From contig NC_057719.1 in assembly GCF_004010195.1 (NCBI RefSeq), positions 7,103,396 to 7,144,587 on the forward strand: a stretch of 41,192 bases of DNA. Direction: 5' to 3'. The translations under genes and the position numbers were made by a program. A model generated the notes under the pieces. That model did not search any database. It was given only the letters and a program-made list of their open reading frames with translations, and was not told where the DNA came from. This DNA is from Chiloscyllium plagiosum. Taxonomy: Eukaryota. This document shows positions 22,715-35,480 of this stretch, piece after piece (positions within the stretch are counted from its first letter, which is position 1; the number at the start of each line of letters is the position of its first letter).

Positions 22715-24104
22715 AGATGGATATTTGCTGGCCATTATTGAGTAGTAACAGTGAGATTGATTGCATGATATACTTGTCGAAATTTCAGTGTAACCATTTT
22801 GATTTTGAGTACTTTGTTGTGCCTTGCAGATAAATTTTGTAAGTAATCACTTGTGGCATGATATTTGTAACCTGAACGTATTTTTCGCAGTGTAGTAAAA
22901 CTTGCTACCACATTTCTTTGAGCTAATTTACATTTAATGTCTTTACCGTGAAGTCATATTCTAATTCTGCTCTTTGTGAATTGCAGCAATATATGCCATC
23001 TGTAGTACAGAATGCAATGGAACATTAAAAACTGACACATGCCTTTGTATATATAGCCTGTATCATGGATGCTTCATTCTCGTGTGACAGTGACATAATT
23101 TTCAGTTTTCTGTGGATTATGTCTCACTATTCAGAATTGGTCTAAAATCTGAAATTGTTGCCATCTGCAGAAGTACAAGTATATGGTAGAGGAAAAAATA
23201 AAAATAAAATTATAACTTGTAATTACACCAGATTTCTTTCGTTGATGGTCACATATTTCACTGTAAGACTAAGCTACGTGTACCAAATGATTAATTTTTG
23301 TGGAGTTCGCAGATCTTGGCTCGGGTCTGTAGAAATCACCTCTGTTTCTAACTGATACATTGCCTTTGTAAATACGGGGTGAATACAAGGTGGTAATCTT
23401 TAGTTATGTGCACAAGGGGAAAGTAATAGTCTGCTAACTCTTGGCGTGGAATTTGACGTGAATAACGATCACTATAAAATATTGGAGGTTGTGAAATTAT
23501 ATCACAGCAAGTAGTTGATATCTATGAAAGTGATGGAAGTGTGATGAATAAAAACTGAAATGACTTTTCAATTTATTTATTCTCATGATCTTTAAAGAAT
23601 TTCTTTCTGATTTGAATATTATGTTGGGTTATATATTTCCATAAACAGTAATAACCAAGGTGACTAGGTCAACAGCTCAACATTATGCATATTCATTGCC
23701 TTTCTTTCCTTTGGTTTCAGGCTCAATGGTACCCCTAGTTTGTTTTTGGAAACTTTTTTTTAGTGCAATGCATACCTCTGCAGTATGGTGGTTTTTTTTG
23801 TGTTTTTCATTGTTTTAAACGATACATATGCGCACACATTTGTGTTGCAAAATATCTTGACTATTACTGAATTAAAAACATTGTATGCCTGCAGGATAAA
23901 GGTTGAGAGTTTTCCTTCAGTCCTCTTTTCTAAAAAGGATCATTGCATAGAAAAATGTTTTGCATATTCCAACTGATGAGCAGAACTACCTTTGAATGTG
24001 TTCATAGGATAAAATAAGGACTTGTATTTAATTTAGTTATTTGTCTTTAATTATTTGGATGTATTATTTGAGAAACATTCCTTCTTTGTAACTCACCACA
24101 TGCT

Positions 24105-25040
24105 TTTAATTTACATCTCCTTCCTTCGTCAGACTGTTTTTCCAACATGCAATCTTGGATGAGTTGCAATTTCCTCCAACCAAACACTGAGACATCAGAG
24201 AGGCTTGCTCCTGCCACAAATGCAATTCCCTGTCAGTGATGTTATCCCTGTCCCTGGCCACCATCTTGGGATGCAGCAAACTGTTTCCCGCCACTGTGTG
24301 ATGTTCAAGTCCAAGCTGAGCTGACCACGACCTTATATAATATCCTCAATGTCACAGAATGCTTCTGTCCCCCTCTGTCAGGTCACACGTCATCTTTCTT
24401 GCCTCAGCTCATCTGCTGAAACCCTCATCAAGGCAGAATTGATTTTTTTCTAATGCAAAAAGCATTCCACTTAGTCCTAGAGATGTACAGCACAGAAACA
24501 GACCCTTCGGTCCAACCCGTCCATGCTGACCAGATATCCCAACCCAATCTAGTCCCACCTGTCAGCACCCGGCCCATATCCCTCCAAACCCTTCCTATTC
24601 ATATACCCATCCAAATGCCTCTTAAATGTTGCAATTGTACCAGCCTCCTCCACATCCTCTGGCAGTTCATTCCATACACGTACCACCCTCTACGTGAAAA
24701 ACTTCTGACATTCTGCTTTTGTAAGTAGTCAGCATGGCAACATCGATTATTTCAATCTTTCCCTGTTCACCTTCTCATCCTCCAAGTTCCATAAATTTTA
24801 TCTCATCAGGAAGTCTAACTACTTCTGCATCAATTTCCGCTCTCCTTTCATTCCTTTGCTTGTTACCTGCAATGGCTGTCAGCCCCCAGTGCCTCAAATT
24901 TAAATTTAGAATTTTCATCCTCCTGTTTAAATTCTGTCCCTCTTATTTTTACTTATTTCAATGACTACTTCAAGCTTTACACTGTTCTCACTGTCAGTTT
25001 CTCTTTCTCTGATGTGCCTCCATCACCCAACCTGCATATG
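24105..25040 (+). mobile_element. Ancient L2-like LINE relic interrupted by a HER1 fragment
   Basis: tcttggatgagttgcaatttcctccaaccaaacactgagacatcagag resembles WMS.NFLQLN..KTE; gctgaaaccctcatc resembles AETLI; FKF.I.ILLFK further downstream. Confidence 0.55.
24472..24700 (-). mobile_element. HER1 3' end fragment
   Basis: Closely similar to 13741-13980. Confidence 0.92.
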
Positions 25041-25064
25041 TTAGTCAAGACAGTACAGATTTGC

Positions 25065-25340
25065 AGAGAATGTTTCTTATGGAAGAATCTAGAACTAGGG
25101 GTCGTGTTTAAAAATCAGGGGTCATCAATTTAAAACAGATGAGGAATTTCTTCTTGGAGGGTTTTCATTTTTGGAACATGCTTCCTGAAAACATGGTTGA
25201 AGCAGACTGCTTGAATATTTTTAAGCAGAGTTAGTTAGATTCCTGTTAAGCAAAGTAGTGAAAGATTGTCAGGTGTGTGGATTGAGATTATAATCAGGTC
25301 AACCATGAGTGGTGTACACCTCTGTTTATATGTACTCCTA
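25065..25340 (+). mobile_element. Degraded CR1 3' end
   Basis: gaatctagaactaggggtc..tttaaaaatcaggggtc, gaggaatttcttc, ttagattcctg; colinear with the other CR1 ends. Confidence 0.68.
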
Positions 25341-25547
25341 GATGTGCATAAAGCTTTGGATTTTGTTTGGTTGAGAATTATCCTTTGGGAACTTGTACTT
25401 GGTAAAAACTGCAATTGTGATGCATTTTCGCCCTACTGATACTGTGGGAATTAAAATCTTGATGACTGGGCTTCATTGTTTAAAATTGTGTCAATATAGT
25501 GTTTGTTTGAGTTGCACTTTATGATATTTTCCATGACTTAATGTTTT

Positions 25548-25733
25548 GGTGGAGGTTGGTACAATTGCAACATTTAAGAGGCATTTGGATGGGTATATGA
25601 ATAGGAAGGGTCTGGAGGGATATGGGCCGGGTGCTGGCAGATGGGACTAGATTGGGTTGGGATGTCTGGTCCGCGTGGACGGGTTGGACCAAAGGGTCTG
25701 TTTCCATGCTGTACATCTCTATGACTCTATGAC
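25548..25733 (+). mobile_element. HER1 3' end fragment
   Basis: Reverse complement of 24472-24650; tail ctctatgactctatgac. Confidence 0.92.
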
Positions 25734-26124
25734 CACATTCTGGAATTTCCATCTCAAAAACCTCTCTTGTCTTCCTCATCTCCGCTAACAATCAAATTGT
25801 AAGCTGTTTGATCAAAGTCTGGTCATCCCTTTTAGGATCATTGGCTTGGTATCCAAATTAAAATTATTCCATGAAGCCCCTGTGGTAATTTCTTTGTTAC
25901 CGTGTTTATTAACTAGCATACTATTAAACTTCAGGAATGAATGGAATGTATTAGATTCTTGTACTTTGATCATGTCTGATTCACAACATTGTGTGTACTC
26001 AAGCAGATATGAAGATTGAAAAATGACTTCAGTGGCTGTCATTTTTTTTAACCAAATCAGTGTTACAACAATGCTGTTGCTTGCATGTCAAAAGATGAGG
26101 CATGTTGTATGGGGTGCTGGACTT

Positions 26125-26225
26125 GTGGCATAGCTGTAGTGTCCCACCTCTGGGCCAAAAAGTCTCAAGTCTCACCTGCATCAGAGCTGTGTTAGCGAAT
26201 CTGAATAGGTTGATTTGAAAATAAT
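26125..26225 (+). mobile_element. Degraded tRNA-headed SINE fragment
   Basis: gtggcatagctgtagtgtcccacctctg...tcaagtctcacc has A/B-box-like spacing. Confidence 0.4.
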
Positions 26226-26947
26226 TTTTAGGTGGTGATAAAAGTTTTGGCTGTGCTTCCTCAAAGCCAGTGATGCTGCTCTGTCTATTTCTCTCCCTTC
26301 CCAGATTTTAGTGTGGAGTTGATCATTTTCTTTCCACTGTATGTTTGCAGCAGGAGTGTTGTATTTGATACAATTATTTAAGATTTCTTACAAGTGAACT
26401 TACTTGTCTGTGTGCTCTTATTTAGTTAACCTTACAAAATAGTTGAGAGGAACCAAAAGAGTGCAGTGGGCTGAGTATGTCTTAAATAAACATTGTTAAT
26501 TTGTTTTGTGCTATTGTTTTAACTGTCTATGCAGAATGAAGGATTAACACTCCAAATGATGACTTACAAAATCAAAGTTCCATTGTTTAAGTTAATTATT
26601 CCATGGTTCATGATTTGCTAAATTTGAATTGTAATTTTAAACTCTTTCCAGGATTAAATTTAGTTTCAGTGATGTAACTTCATCTCTTTGTTGGCAGAAT
26701 GGTGAGTGATAAACCATTGTCTCTGCTTTACTATGTTTCGAACTGCAGTTTACTTAGTGAGAAGATGCCAAAAAAAGGCTCAATCAGAGCAAACACCTTA
26801 ACGGGGGAAAATCTGAGAGTTGTTTACATGCCTTTGTAGTTAGGTTGGAGTGAATCTGTAGCCTGGGACTTGGAGGCACAGTTCACAGAACATACAACAG
26901 CACAGGCACTTCGGTCCTTGATATAGTGCCAACCTCTAAGTTCAAAC

Positions 26948-27163
26948 TTAAAAATCACACAACACCAGGTTATAGTCCAACAGGTTTAATTGGAAGCACA
27001 CTAGCTTTTGGAGCGACGCTCTTTCATCAGGTGATTGTCACCTGAGGAAGGAGCGTCGCTCCAAAAGCTAGTGTGCTTCCAATTAAACCTGTTGGACTAT
27101 AACCGGGTGTTGTGTGATTTTTAACTTTGTACACCCCAGTCCAACACCGGCATCTCCGAATCA
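26948..27163. mobile_element. Fold-back Penelope-derived insertion (family C): 87-bp arms, 3-nt loop, 12-bp target duplication
   Basis: Arms 26948-27034 and 27038-27124 (3 mismatches counted); taagttc(a/g)aact at 26937-26948 and 27164-27175. PLE assignment rests on the hammerhead-like motif and architecture. Confidence 0.8.
27039..27073 (+). ncRNA. Hammerhead-like motif (family C) with GAAA changed to AAAA, probably inactive; mirror copy at 26999-27033
   Basis: CAC-CTGAGGA-a-GGAGCgtcGCTCC-AAAA-G-CTA-GTG. Confidence 0.55.
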
Positions 27164-30100
27164 TAAGTTCGAACTAACCTACATAATCTTCATTTTATTA
27201 TCATCCATGTGCCTGTCCAAATGTCGTTTAAATGTCCCTACTGTATCTGACTCTACTACCACTGCTGGCAGTGCATTCCATGCACCCACCACACTGTGTA
27301 AAGATCCTGCCTCTGACATCTCCCCTAAACCTTCCTCCAGTCACCTTAAAATTATGCTCTCTTGTGATGGTCATTTCCGCCCTGGGGAAAAAAATCTCTG
27401 GCTATCCACTCGATCTGTGCCTCTCATCATGTTGTACACCTCTATCAACTCACCTCTCATCCTCCTTCGCTCCAATGAGAAAAGCCCTAGCACCCTTTAC
27501 TTTTCTTCATAAGACCTGCCCTCCAGTCCAGACAGCATCCTGGTAAATCTTCTCAGCACCCTCTCCAGGGCTTCCACATCCATCTGTAATGAGGCAATCA
27601 GAACTGAACACAATATTCCAAGTGTGGTCTAACCAGGGCTTTATAGAGCTGCAGAATAACCTCGCGGCTCTTAAACTCAATCCCCCTGATAATGAAAGCC
27701 AACACACCATACATTAATTTAACAATCCTATCAACTAAGGTGACTACTTTGAGGGATCTATAGACGTGGACCCCAAAATTCCTCTGTTCTTCCACACTGC
27801 CAAGAATCCTGCCTTTAACCCTGTAATCGACATTCAGATTCGACCTTTCAAAATGAATGACTTCACACTTCTCCAGGTTGAACTCCATCTGCCACTTCTC
27901 AGCCCAGCTCTGCATTCTGTCAATGTCCTGTTGCATCCTACAGCAGCCCTCCACACGATCCACAACTCATCCAACCTTCGTCTAGTCAGCAAACTTACGG
28001 ACCCACCTTTCCACTTTCTCATCCAAGTCATTTATAAAAATCACAAAGAGCAGAACTCCCAGAACTGACCCACTGTGGAGCATCACTGGTCACTGAGCTC
28101 CAGGCTGAATACGTTCTATCTACTATCACCCTCTGTCTTCTATGGACCACCAATTCTGTAACCAGACAACCAAATTTCTCTGTATCCCATGCCTCCCTAC
28201 TTTCTGAATGAGCCTACCATGGGGAACTTTATCAAATACCTTGCTAAAATCCATATACACACCACATCCAGTGTTCTACCTTCATCAATGTGTTCTGTCA
28301 CATCCTCAAAGAATTCAGTAAGGCTTGTGAGGCATGACCTGCTCCTCGCAAAGCCATGTTGACCATCTCCAATCAAGCTATGCTTTTCCAAATAATCACA
28401 AATCCTGTCTCTCAGAATACTGTCCAATAATTTGCCCACCACAGTTCATGCATAGTTTTATAAAAAGACATAGTTTGAAAGTAATTGATTTTTACGTTAT
28501 ATTGTGAAAAGCAGTTAGCGCGAATTAAAGATCTGAGTCAAACTTTGATTCCTGAATGTGGATTATTTGTTATCAATAGACATCAGAGGTTTTTCTTTTC
28601 TTTTAATGAAACCAGCGCAGATGTATTTTTCTAAATTTGTTGCAGCCATCTTAAGTTTAAAAGTAGTTTCAAAGTTCTGTTTGCTTTAGTTTTCCATTCT
28701 CTTGCAATATATAGAAATCCCTGATTATTTATCCTGAGTAGGCCCAATGGTAAAAGTGCAGAAAATATACCCTGGTAGTTTGCTGAATAACAAAATCTGG
28801 CCTATGAAATATGTTCTGAATACTCAATGGGGCCCTGGTACCACTTAACATTTAATATCCCTTTCGGCTCCATTTTATATTTTGGAAGCTAAGTGTAATT
28901 GTTTTGCACATTTAAAATAATAAAAATCATGAGGTTATGTTAGTTAACAGCTTTGCTATTTTTTTTCTCGTGCCTGAATCAAAATATTTCTTCCGATGTT
29001 AAATAGGAATACATGTTGATCTGTGAAGGTTGTGTATGGTGCTGTTTTCATTTCCCTTTTGGGTGAAATTTATCTGAAGTACATGAATCTTAATTGCCAA
29101 ATTATTTGATATCAAAAGAGTGTTTTTTAAAATACTTTGATCCTGTGCACATTTGAACACACCAGGGGAAAAAAATGCAAAATTTAACTCGCCTGTAAAT
29201 CAAAAACACCATTAAGTTTACAAGTACTTATTTAGTTGCCATGATGATAAATGTGTGTGGTCAGTGAGCTAGACGCATCATAAGAATGGTCTCTACAGAA
29301 ATTCACTGTCAGTTTCAAGACAGAGTCATTGCGATTTATAGCACGGAGACAGACCCTTGGGTCCAACTCGTCCATGCCGACCAGATATGCCAACCCAATC
29401 TAGTCCCACCTACCAGGACTGGCCCATTTCCCTCCAAACCCTTCCTATTCATATACCCATCCAGATGCCTTTTAAATGTTGCAATTGTACCAGCCTCCAC
29501 CACATCCGCTGGCAGCCCATTCCATACACACACCACCCTCTGCGTGAAAAAGTTGCTCTTTAGGTCTCTTTTATATCTTTCCCCTCTTACTCTAAACCTA
29601 TGCCCTCTAGTTCTGGACTCACCCACCCCAGGGAAAAGTCCTTGTCTATTTACCCTATCCCTGCCCCTCATGATCTTATAAACCTCTATAAGATCACCCC
29701 ATAGCCTCCAGGGAAAACATCCTTAGCCTATTCAACCGTTCCCTATAGCTCAAATCTCTCAACCCTGGCAACATCCATGTAAATCTTTTCTGAGCCCTTT
29801 CAAGTTTTATAACATCCTCCTGCTAGGAAGGAGACCAGAATTGCACGCAGTATTCCAAAAGTTACCTAATCAATGTCCTGTACAGCCACAACATGACCTC
29901 CCAACTCGTATACGCAATACTCTGACCATTAAAGGCAAGCATACCAAACGCTGCCTTCACTATCCTATCTACCTGCGACTCTACATTCAAGGAGCTATGA
30001 ACCTGCACTCCAAGTTCACTTTGCTCAGTAACACTCCCCAGGACCTTACCATTAAGTGCATAAGTCCTGCTAAGATTTGCTTTCCTGAAAAGCAGCATCT

Positions 30101-30667
30101 CGTATTTATCTAAATTAAATTCCATTTGCTACTCCTCAGCCCATTGTAATCCGAGGTAACCCTCTTCGCTGTCCACTACGCCTCCAATTTTGGTGTCATC
30201 AGCAAACCTACTAACAATACTTCTTACGCTTACCTCCAAATCATTTATATAAATGACAAAACGTGGTGGACCCAACACCAATCCTTGTGGCACTCCACTG
30301 GTCAGAGGTCTCTAGTCTGAAAAACAACCCTCCACCACCACCCTCTGTCTTCTGCCTTTGAGCCAGTTCTGTACCCAAATGGCAAGTTCTCCCTATATTC
30401 CGTGAGATCTAACCTTGCTAACCAGTCTGCCATGGGGAACCTTGTCGAATGCCTTACTGAAGTCCAAATAGATCACATCTACTGCTCTGCCCTCATCAAT
30501 CCTCTTTGTTACTTCTTCAAAAAACTCAATCAAGTTTGTGAGACATGATTTTATCACGCACGAAGCCATGTTGACTATCCCTAATCAGTCCTTGCCTTTA
30601 CATATACGTGCTGAAAATGTGTTGCTGGAAAAGCGCAGCAGGTCAGGCAGCATCCAAGGAACAGGAG

Positions 30668-30703
30668 AATCAACGTTTCGGGCATGAGCCCTTCTTCAGG
30701 AAT
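30668..30703 (-). ncRNA. Minimal hammerhead ribozyme motif
   Basis: Reverse complement reads attc-CTGAAGA-a-GGGCtcatGCCC-GAAA-C-GTT-gatt. Confidence 0.65.
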
Positions 30704-31040
30704 GAGGAAAGTGTGCCCAGCAGGCTAAGATAAAAGGTAGGGAGGAGGGACTTAGGGGAGGGGGGTTGGAAATGCGATAGGTGGAAGGAGGTCAAGGTGA
30801 GGGTGATAGGCCGGAGTGGGGTGGGGCGGAGAGGTCAGGAAAAAGATTGCAGGTTAGGAAGGCGGTGCTGAGTTCGAGGGATTTGACTGAGACAAGATGG
30901 GGGGAGGGGAAATGAGGAAATTGGAGAAATCTGAGTTCATCCCTTGTGGTTGGAGGGTTCCTAGGCGGATGATGAGGCGCTCTTCCTCCAACCGTCGTGT
31001 TGCTATGGTCTGGCGATGGAGGAGTCCAAGGACCTGCATG

Positions 31041-31072
31041 TCCTGAAGAAGGGCTTATGCCCGAAACGTCGA
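31041..31072 (+). ncRNA. Minimal hammerhead ribozyme motif starting at the inversion junction
   Basis: tc-CTGAAGA-a-GGGCttatGCCC-GAAA-C-GTC-ga. Confidence 0.68.
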
Positions 31073-32626
31073 TTCTCCTGTTCCTTGGATGCTGACTGAC
31101 CTGCTGCGCTTTTCCAGCAACACATTTTCAGCTCTGATCTCCAGCATCTGCAGTCCTCACTTTCTCCTTTCCAAATACATGTACATCCTATCCCTCAGGA
31201 TTCCCTCCAACAACTTGCCCACCACCGATATCCGGCTCACTGTTGTATAGTTCCCTGGCTTGTCTTTACTACCTTTCTTAAAAGCGCGACGTTAGCCAAC
31301 CTCCAGTCTTCCAGCACCTCACCTGTGACTATCAATGATACAAATATCTCAGCAAGAGGCCAAGCAATCTGTTCTGTAGCTTCCCACAGTGTTCCAGAGT
31401 ATACCTGATCAGATTCTGGGGATTTATCCACTTTTATGCGTTTCAAGGCATTCAGCTCTTCCTCCCCTGTCATATGGACATTTTTCAAGATGTCACCATC
31501 GATTTCCCCACATTCTATATCTTCTATGCCCTTCTCCATAGTAAACACTGGTGCAAAATTCTAGTTTAGTGTCTCCCCCATTTTCTGCGCCTCCACAGAA
31601 AGGTTTCCTTGCTGATCTTTGAGGGGCCCTATTCTCTCCATAGTTACCCTTTTGTCCTTAGTGTATCTGTAAAAACCCTTTGGATTCTCCTTGACTCTTT
31701 TTGCTAAATCTGTCTATAGTCTCCTGTTTTCCCTCCTGATTTCCCTCTTAAGTATACTCCTACTGCCTTTATACCCTTTGAAGGAATCACTCGATCTATC
31801 CTGTGTATACCTGACATATGCTTCCTCTTTTTTTCTTAACCAGATCCTCAATTTCTTTAGTCATCCAGCATTCTCAATACCTACCAGCCTTTCCTTTCAC
31901 CCTGACAGGAATATACGGTCTCTGCACTCTTGTCATCTCCTTTCTGAAGGCTTCCCATTTTCCAGCTGTCCCTTTACCTGCAAACATCCGCCCACATTCA
32001 GCTTTTGAAAGTCCTTGCCTAATACCGTCAAAATTAGCCTTCCTCCAATTTAGAACTTCAACTTTTAGACCTGGTCTATCTTTTCCATCACTATTTTAAA
32101 ACTAATCAAATTATGGTTGCTGGCCCCAAAGTGTTCCCCCACTGACACCTCAGTCACTTGCCCTGCCTTTTTTCCCCAAGAGTGGGTCAAGTTTTGCACC
32201 TTCTGTGGTAGGTACATCCCCATGCTGAATCAGAGAATTTTCTTGTACATGCTTAACAAATTTCCCTCTGTCTAAACTCTTAACACTATGGCAGTCCCAG
32301 TCGATGTTTGGAAAGTTAAAATTCCCCACCATTACCACCCTATTATTCTTACAGATAACTAAGATCTCCTTACAAATTTGTTTCTCAATTTCCCTCTGGC
32401 TATTGGGGAGTCTATAATACAATCCCAATAAGGTGATTATCCCTTTCTTATTTATCAGTTCCACCCAAATAACATAATTGGATTTATTTCCGGGAATATC
32501 CTCCAGTACAGCAGTAATGCTGTCCCTTACCAAAAATGCCACTCCCCCTCCTCTCTTGCCTCCCTTTCTGTTCTTCCTGTAGCATTTATATCCTGGAACA
32601 TTAAACTGTCAGTCCTGCCCATCCCT

Positions 32627-32955
32627 GGGTGGTACAGTGGTTAGCACTGTTGCCTCATAGTGCCAGAGACCCGGGTTCAATTCCCGCTTCAGGTGACTGT
32701 CTGTGTGGAATTTGCACATTTTCCCTGTGTCTGCGTGGGTTTCCTCCGGGTGCTCCGGTTTCCTCCCACAGTCCAAAAATGTGAAGGTTAGGTGAATTGG
32801 CCATACTAAATTGCCCGTAGTGTTAGGGGCAGGGCAAATGTAGGGAAATGGGTCTGGGCGGGTAGCGCTTCGGCGGTTCGGTGTGGATTTGTTGAGCCGA
32901 AGGGCCTGTTTCCACAATGTAAGTAAGTAATCTAATCTAAGAAATCTAATCTAAT
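32627..32955 (+). mobile_element. HE1 V-SINE, essentially full length, nested in HER1
   Basis: A-box-like tggtacagtggtta, B box ggttcaattcc 32674-32684, V-domain gggtgctccggtttcctcccacagtccaaa, (aatct)n tail. Confidence 0.93.
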
Positions 32956-35134
32956 CATGTTTCTGTAATTGTTATGATATCCCAGTCCCATGTTCCTAAC
33001 CATACCCTGAGTTCATCTGCCTTCCCCATTAGGCCCCTTGCTTTGAAATAAATGCAGTTTAATTTATTAGTCCAACTTTTGTTCTCTTCTTTGTCCCTGA
33101 CTGTTTGGCTTGCATCTTTTTTCAACTGTACCAGTCTCAGATTGATCTCTTTCCTCACTATCTCCCTGGGTCCCATCCCCCCCATCTTAACTCATTTAAA
33201 TCCTCTCAAGCAGCTCTAGCAAATCTCCCTGCCAGTATATTAGTCCCTTCCAATTTAGGTGCAATCCATTCTCCTTGTACAGGTCACTCCTACACTTGAA
33301 GAGATTCCAATGATCCAAAAATGTGAATCCATCTTCCATACTCAGCTCCTCAGCCATGGATTCATCTGCTCTATCCTCCTATTGCTACGCTAATTAGCTC
33401 GTTGCACCAGTCGTAATCCGGATATTACCCCTCATTGCATTAGAGCCAGTCTTGATACCAGAAACTTGGCTGTTCTTGCTACATTTCCCTGAGAATTCAT
33501 CAGTCCTACATTTTCTAAAACAGCATACTTGTTTGAAATGGGGACAACCACAGAAGACTCCTGCATTATCTGCCTTCCTCTCTTACCTTTCCTAGAGTTG
33601 ACCCATCTATGTGACTGTATCTGCAACTTTACCCCCTTTCTATAACTGCCATCCATCACACCCCCTTGAACTGTCGCTCCAACCGTTCCATTCAATCTGA
33701 TAGGATTCGCCACCAAAGGCATTTTTTTGCAGATATAATCCTTAGTAACACGTAAACACTCACATCCGACAAGAAAAGCATATCACTCTACTATGGACCA
33801 TTTTTGCTGTTTCCAATCTGCAGACCCAGAAAATAGCCCTTTCTTATTCCTCTACAAATCACTGCTCCAGGCTAACTTAATACTTATGGCTTATGTTTTT
33901 AACTTTGATATTATTGATAAGCATAAAATATTTTTAATGGCCATTCTTGCAAGAAACAATATAAAGCAACTTCAAGGATAAAAGTTAAAAATTATGGTTA
34001 AATGAACCTTTCTAAAAAGTTTTTCCTGCTAGATGATGTCTGACTTTGGAATAATTTGTTGCATTCTTAAGTCTTCAGGGAATGTAATAGTAAGTTGGCA
34101 AAGCAAGCTTCCTACATAAAGGAGTCAAATTTGGTGAGTAGTGATCAAGGGTAATCACAGAATAATGATTGGCTTTTTAAAAAAAAAGCAGTTACCACAA
34201 TCAAAAATCCTTAAATTGAATTATTAGTTTGCAACAAGATTCTGAAGTGGATGCAGCAGTATATAGTCTATTTTGGACCCTTCTGTATTTTAAGTTAGTG
34301 GCTCACAATGAGGATATAGTCATAAAATAGGAGGTTTTGTGGGTTTACCAAACTGAACCATAATTAATAACTGAGTATTGGCACTAGCTTTGAAGTAATT
34401 TAGATCTTTTAGGTAATTGGGCCAATAGCTGACAGTTCTATGCTTCTCAGAACAATAGTAGTAGTATTTGGAGAAAACAACAGTGGTTAGAGGTGGTGAT
34501 TAGATGAATTTGAGATGTATTGAATATATCAACACATGTTAAGCTACAGTCAGAGATGCAAGTAAGTACTGGCCTTGTATTGTTCATAGGGTGAATACAG
34601 ATCCAAAAGGTACTCCTGTTGCTGTACAAGAACAGGCTTTCACAACTATATTGTTCTGACTCACAGAAAAATCACAAAAAAGGTATGAATTGAGAGGCTA
34701 AGCTTGGAGCAGCTGGTGCCAAGGTGCAGTGGGGAAAGACACCATCTAAGGTATTTTTACCAAAGTATAATGACCCTCTCACTGCCCCAATGTATGTAAA
34801 TAGTTTCCTGCCTGAGTTTTTAAAAAAAGCCTGTGGTTTTTGCAACTGCACGGAATGTTAAATTCCAGTATTTGTTTTTCTGGATATGCACAAAGTGTAC
34901 AGATCTGCCTTAATAACTGTGAGTGTAGATGAAATTTTTTTAAAGTTTTGCAAAAAAAACTTGAGGCTGGAAAGATATAACAGCAAAGATAATTCCAAAT
35001 GGTAAGAATTTAAAATGAAATTCGATTAGTAGTTCAGTTTGTTGTCTTATTGGAACTTCTAAGAAAGTTGATCTGAACAATTTATTAATAAGATGAAAGG
35101 ATCAGTTGAGAAAGTTAGGGGGTTTTTAGAATTT

Positions 35135-35480
35135 TAGTTCAAGGTCTGAGAGCTGATAATGTAGGCTTATACCTGAATGCAGAACACTTCTGGTGATTCT
35201 AACATTAATGGAAAGGAAAATTGGACAGGATATTATAGACTGGTGAAGCCATTTTCTGCATCCACTAAATTTCCTTCAAACAAAACATGAAACTAAAGTC
35301 CTTTTCAACGACTTGGGTAAACACAAAAAATCCTATGGTGCAATTGGGACGACTTCTCATCCCTTTCAACCTATCCCCAAAACGGCTTATGCAGCCAACC
35401 ATTAAGTTATTGTTTGTATACCGTGCTTCACACAAATTCCATTGTTTACCAACCAGTTTACTATGAACAGCTTCAAATTT
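35135..35480 (+). mobile_element. Highly degraded Deu-domain SINE
   Basis: aaacatgaaactaaagtcc...gggtaaacacaaaaaatcctatggtgcaatt loosely follows the recalled Deu core. Confidence 0.3.

Larger units (their letters stand above)
26884..28441 (-). mobile_element. CR1 LINE (RT to 3' end), 5'-truncated, with a PLE fold-back in its 3' UTR
   Basis: QHGFARSRSCLTSL (ORF 28197-28442), WAEKWQMEFN...LYKALVRPHLEYCVQF (ORF 27598-27963). Confidence 0.92.
30611..31165. mobile_element. Asymmetric fold-back PLE (family A): minus arm 30611-31040 with the GIY-YIG C-terminus, plus arm 31041-31165
   Basis: MQVLGLLH...RRLEEERLIIRLGTLQPQGMN; flanking 16-bp duplication cctttacatatacgtg (30595-30610) and cctttccaaatacatg (31166-31181), 3 mismatches. 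Confidence 0.9.
29322..33900 (-). mobile_element. Near-full-length but decayed HER1/CR1 LINE (ORF1 remnant with esterase-like region, APE, RT, 3' UTR) carrying two nested insertions
   Basis: ORF1-like VPISNKYAVLE and VISGL...NRRIEQMN.WLRS at 33200-33720; EN CIYFKARGLMGKADEL and MVGNFNFPNIDW; C-terminus RGHRFRVRG...FFTQRVV.VWNGLP. Confidence 0.93.

Noticed and set aside
26948..27124. MITE/DNA transposon or pre-miRNA reading of the hairpins
   Set aside because: Asymmetric extra terminal sequence, a long target duplication and a hammerhead-like core fit a Penelope-derived fold-back better; the arms are too long and repetitive for a miRNA call.
32627..32700. tRNA gene (A and B boxes)
   Set aside because: This is the tRNA-derived head of an HE1 SINE, continuing into the V-domain and tail; no cloverleaf is evident. 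The same applies at 19254.
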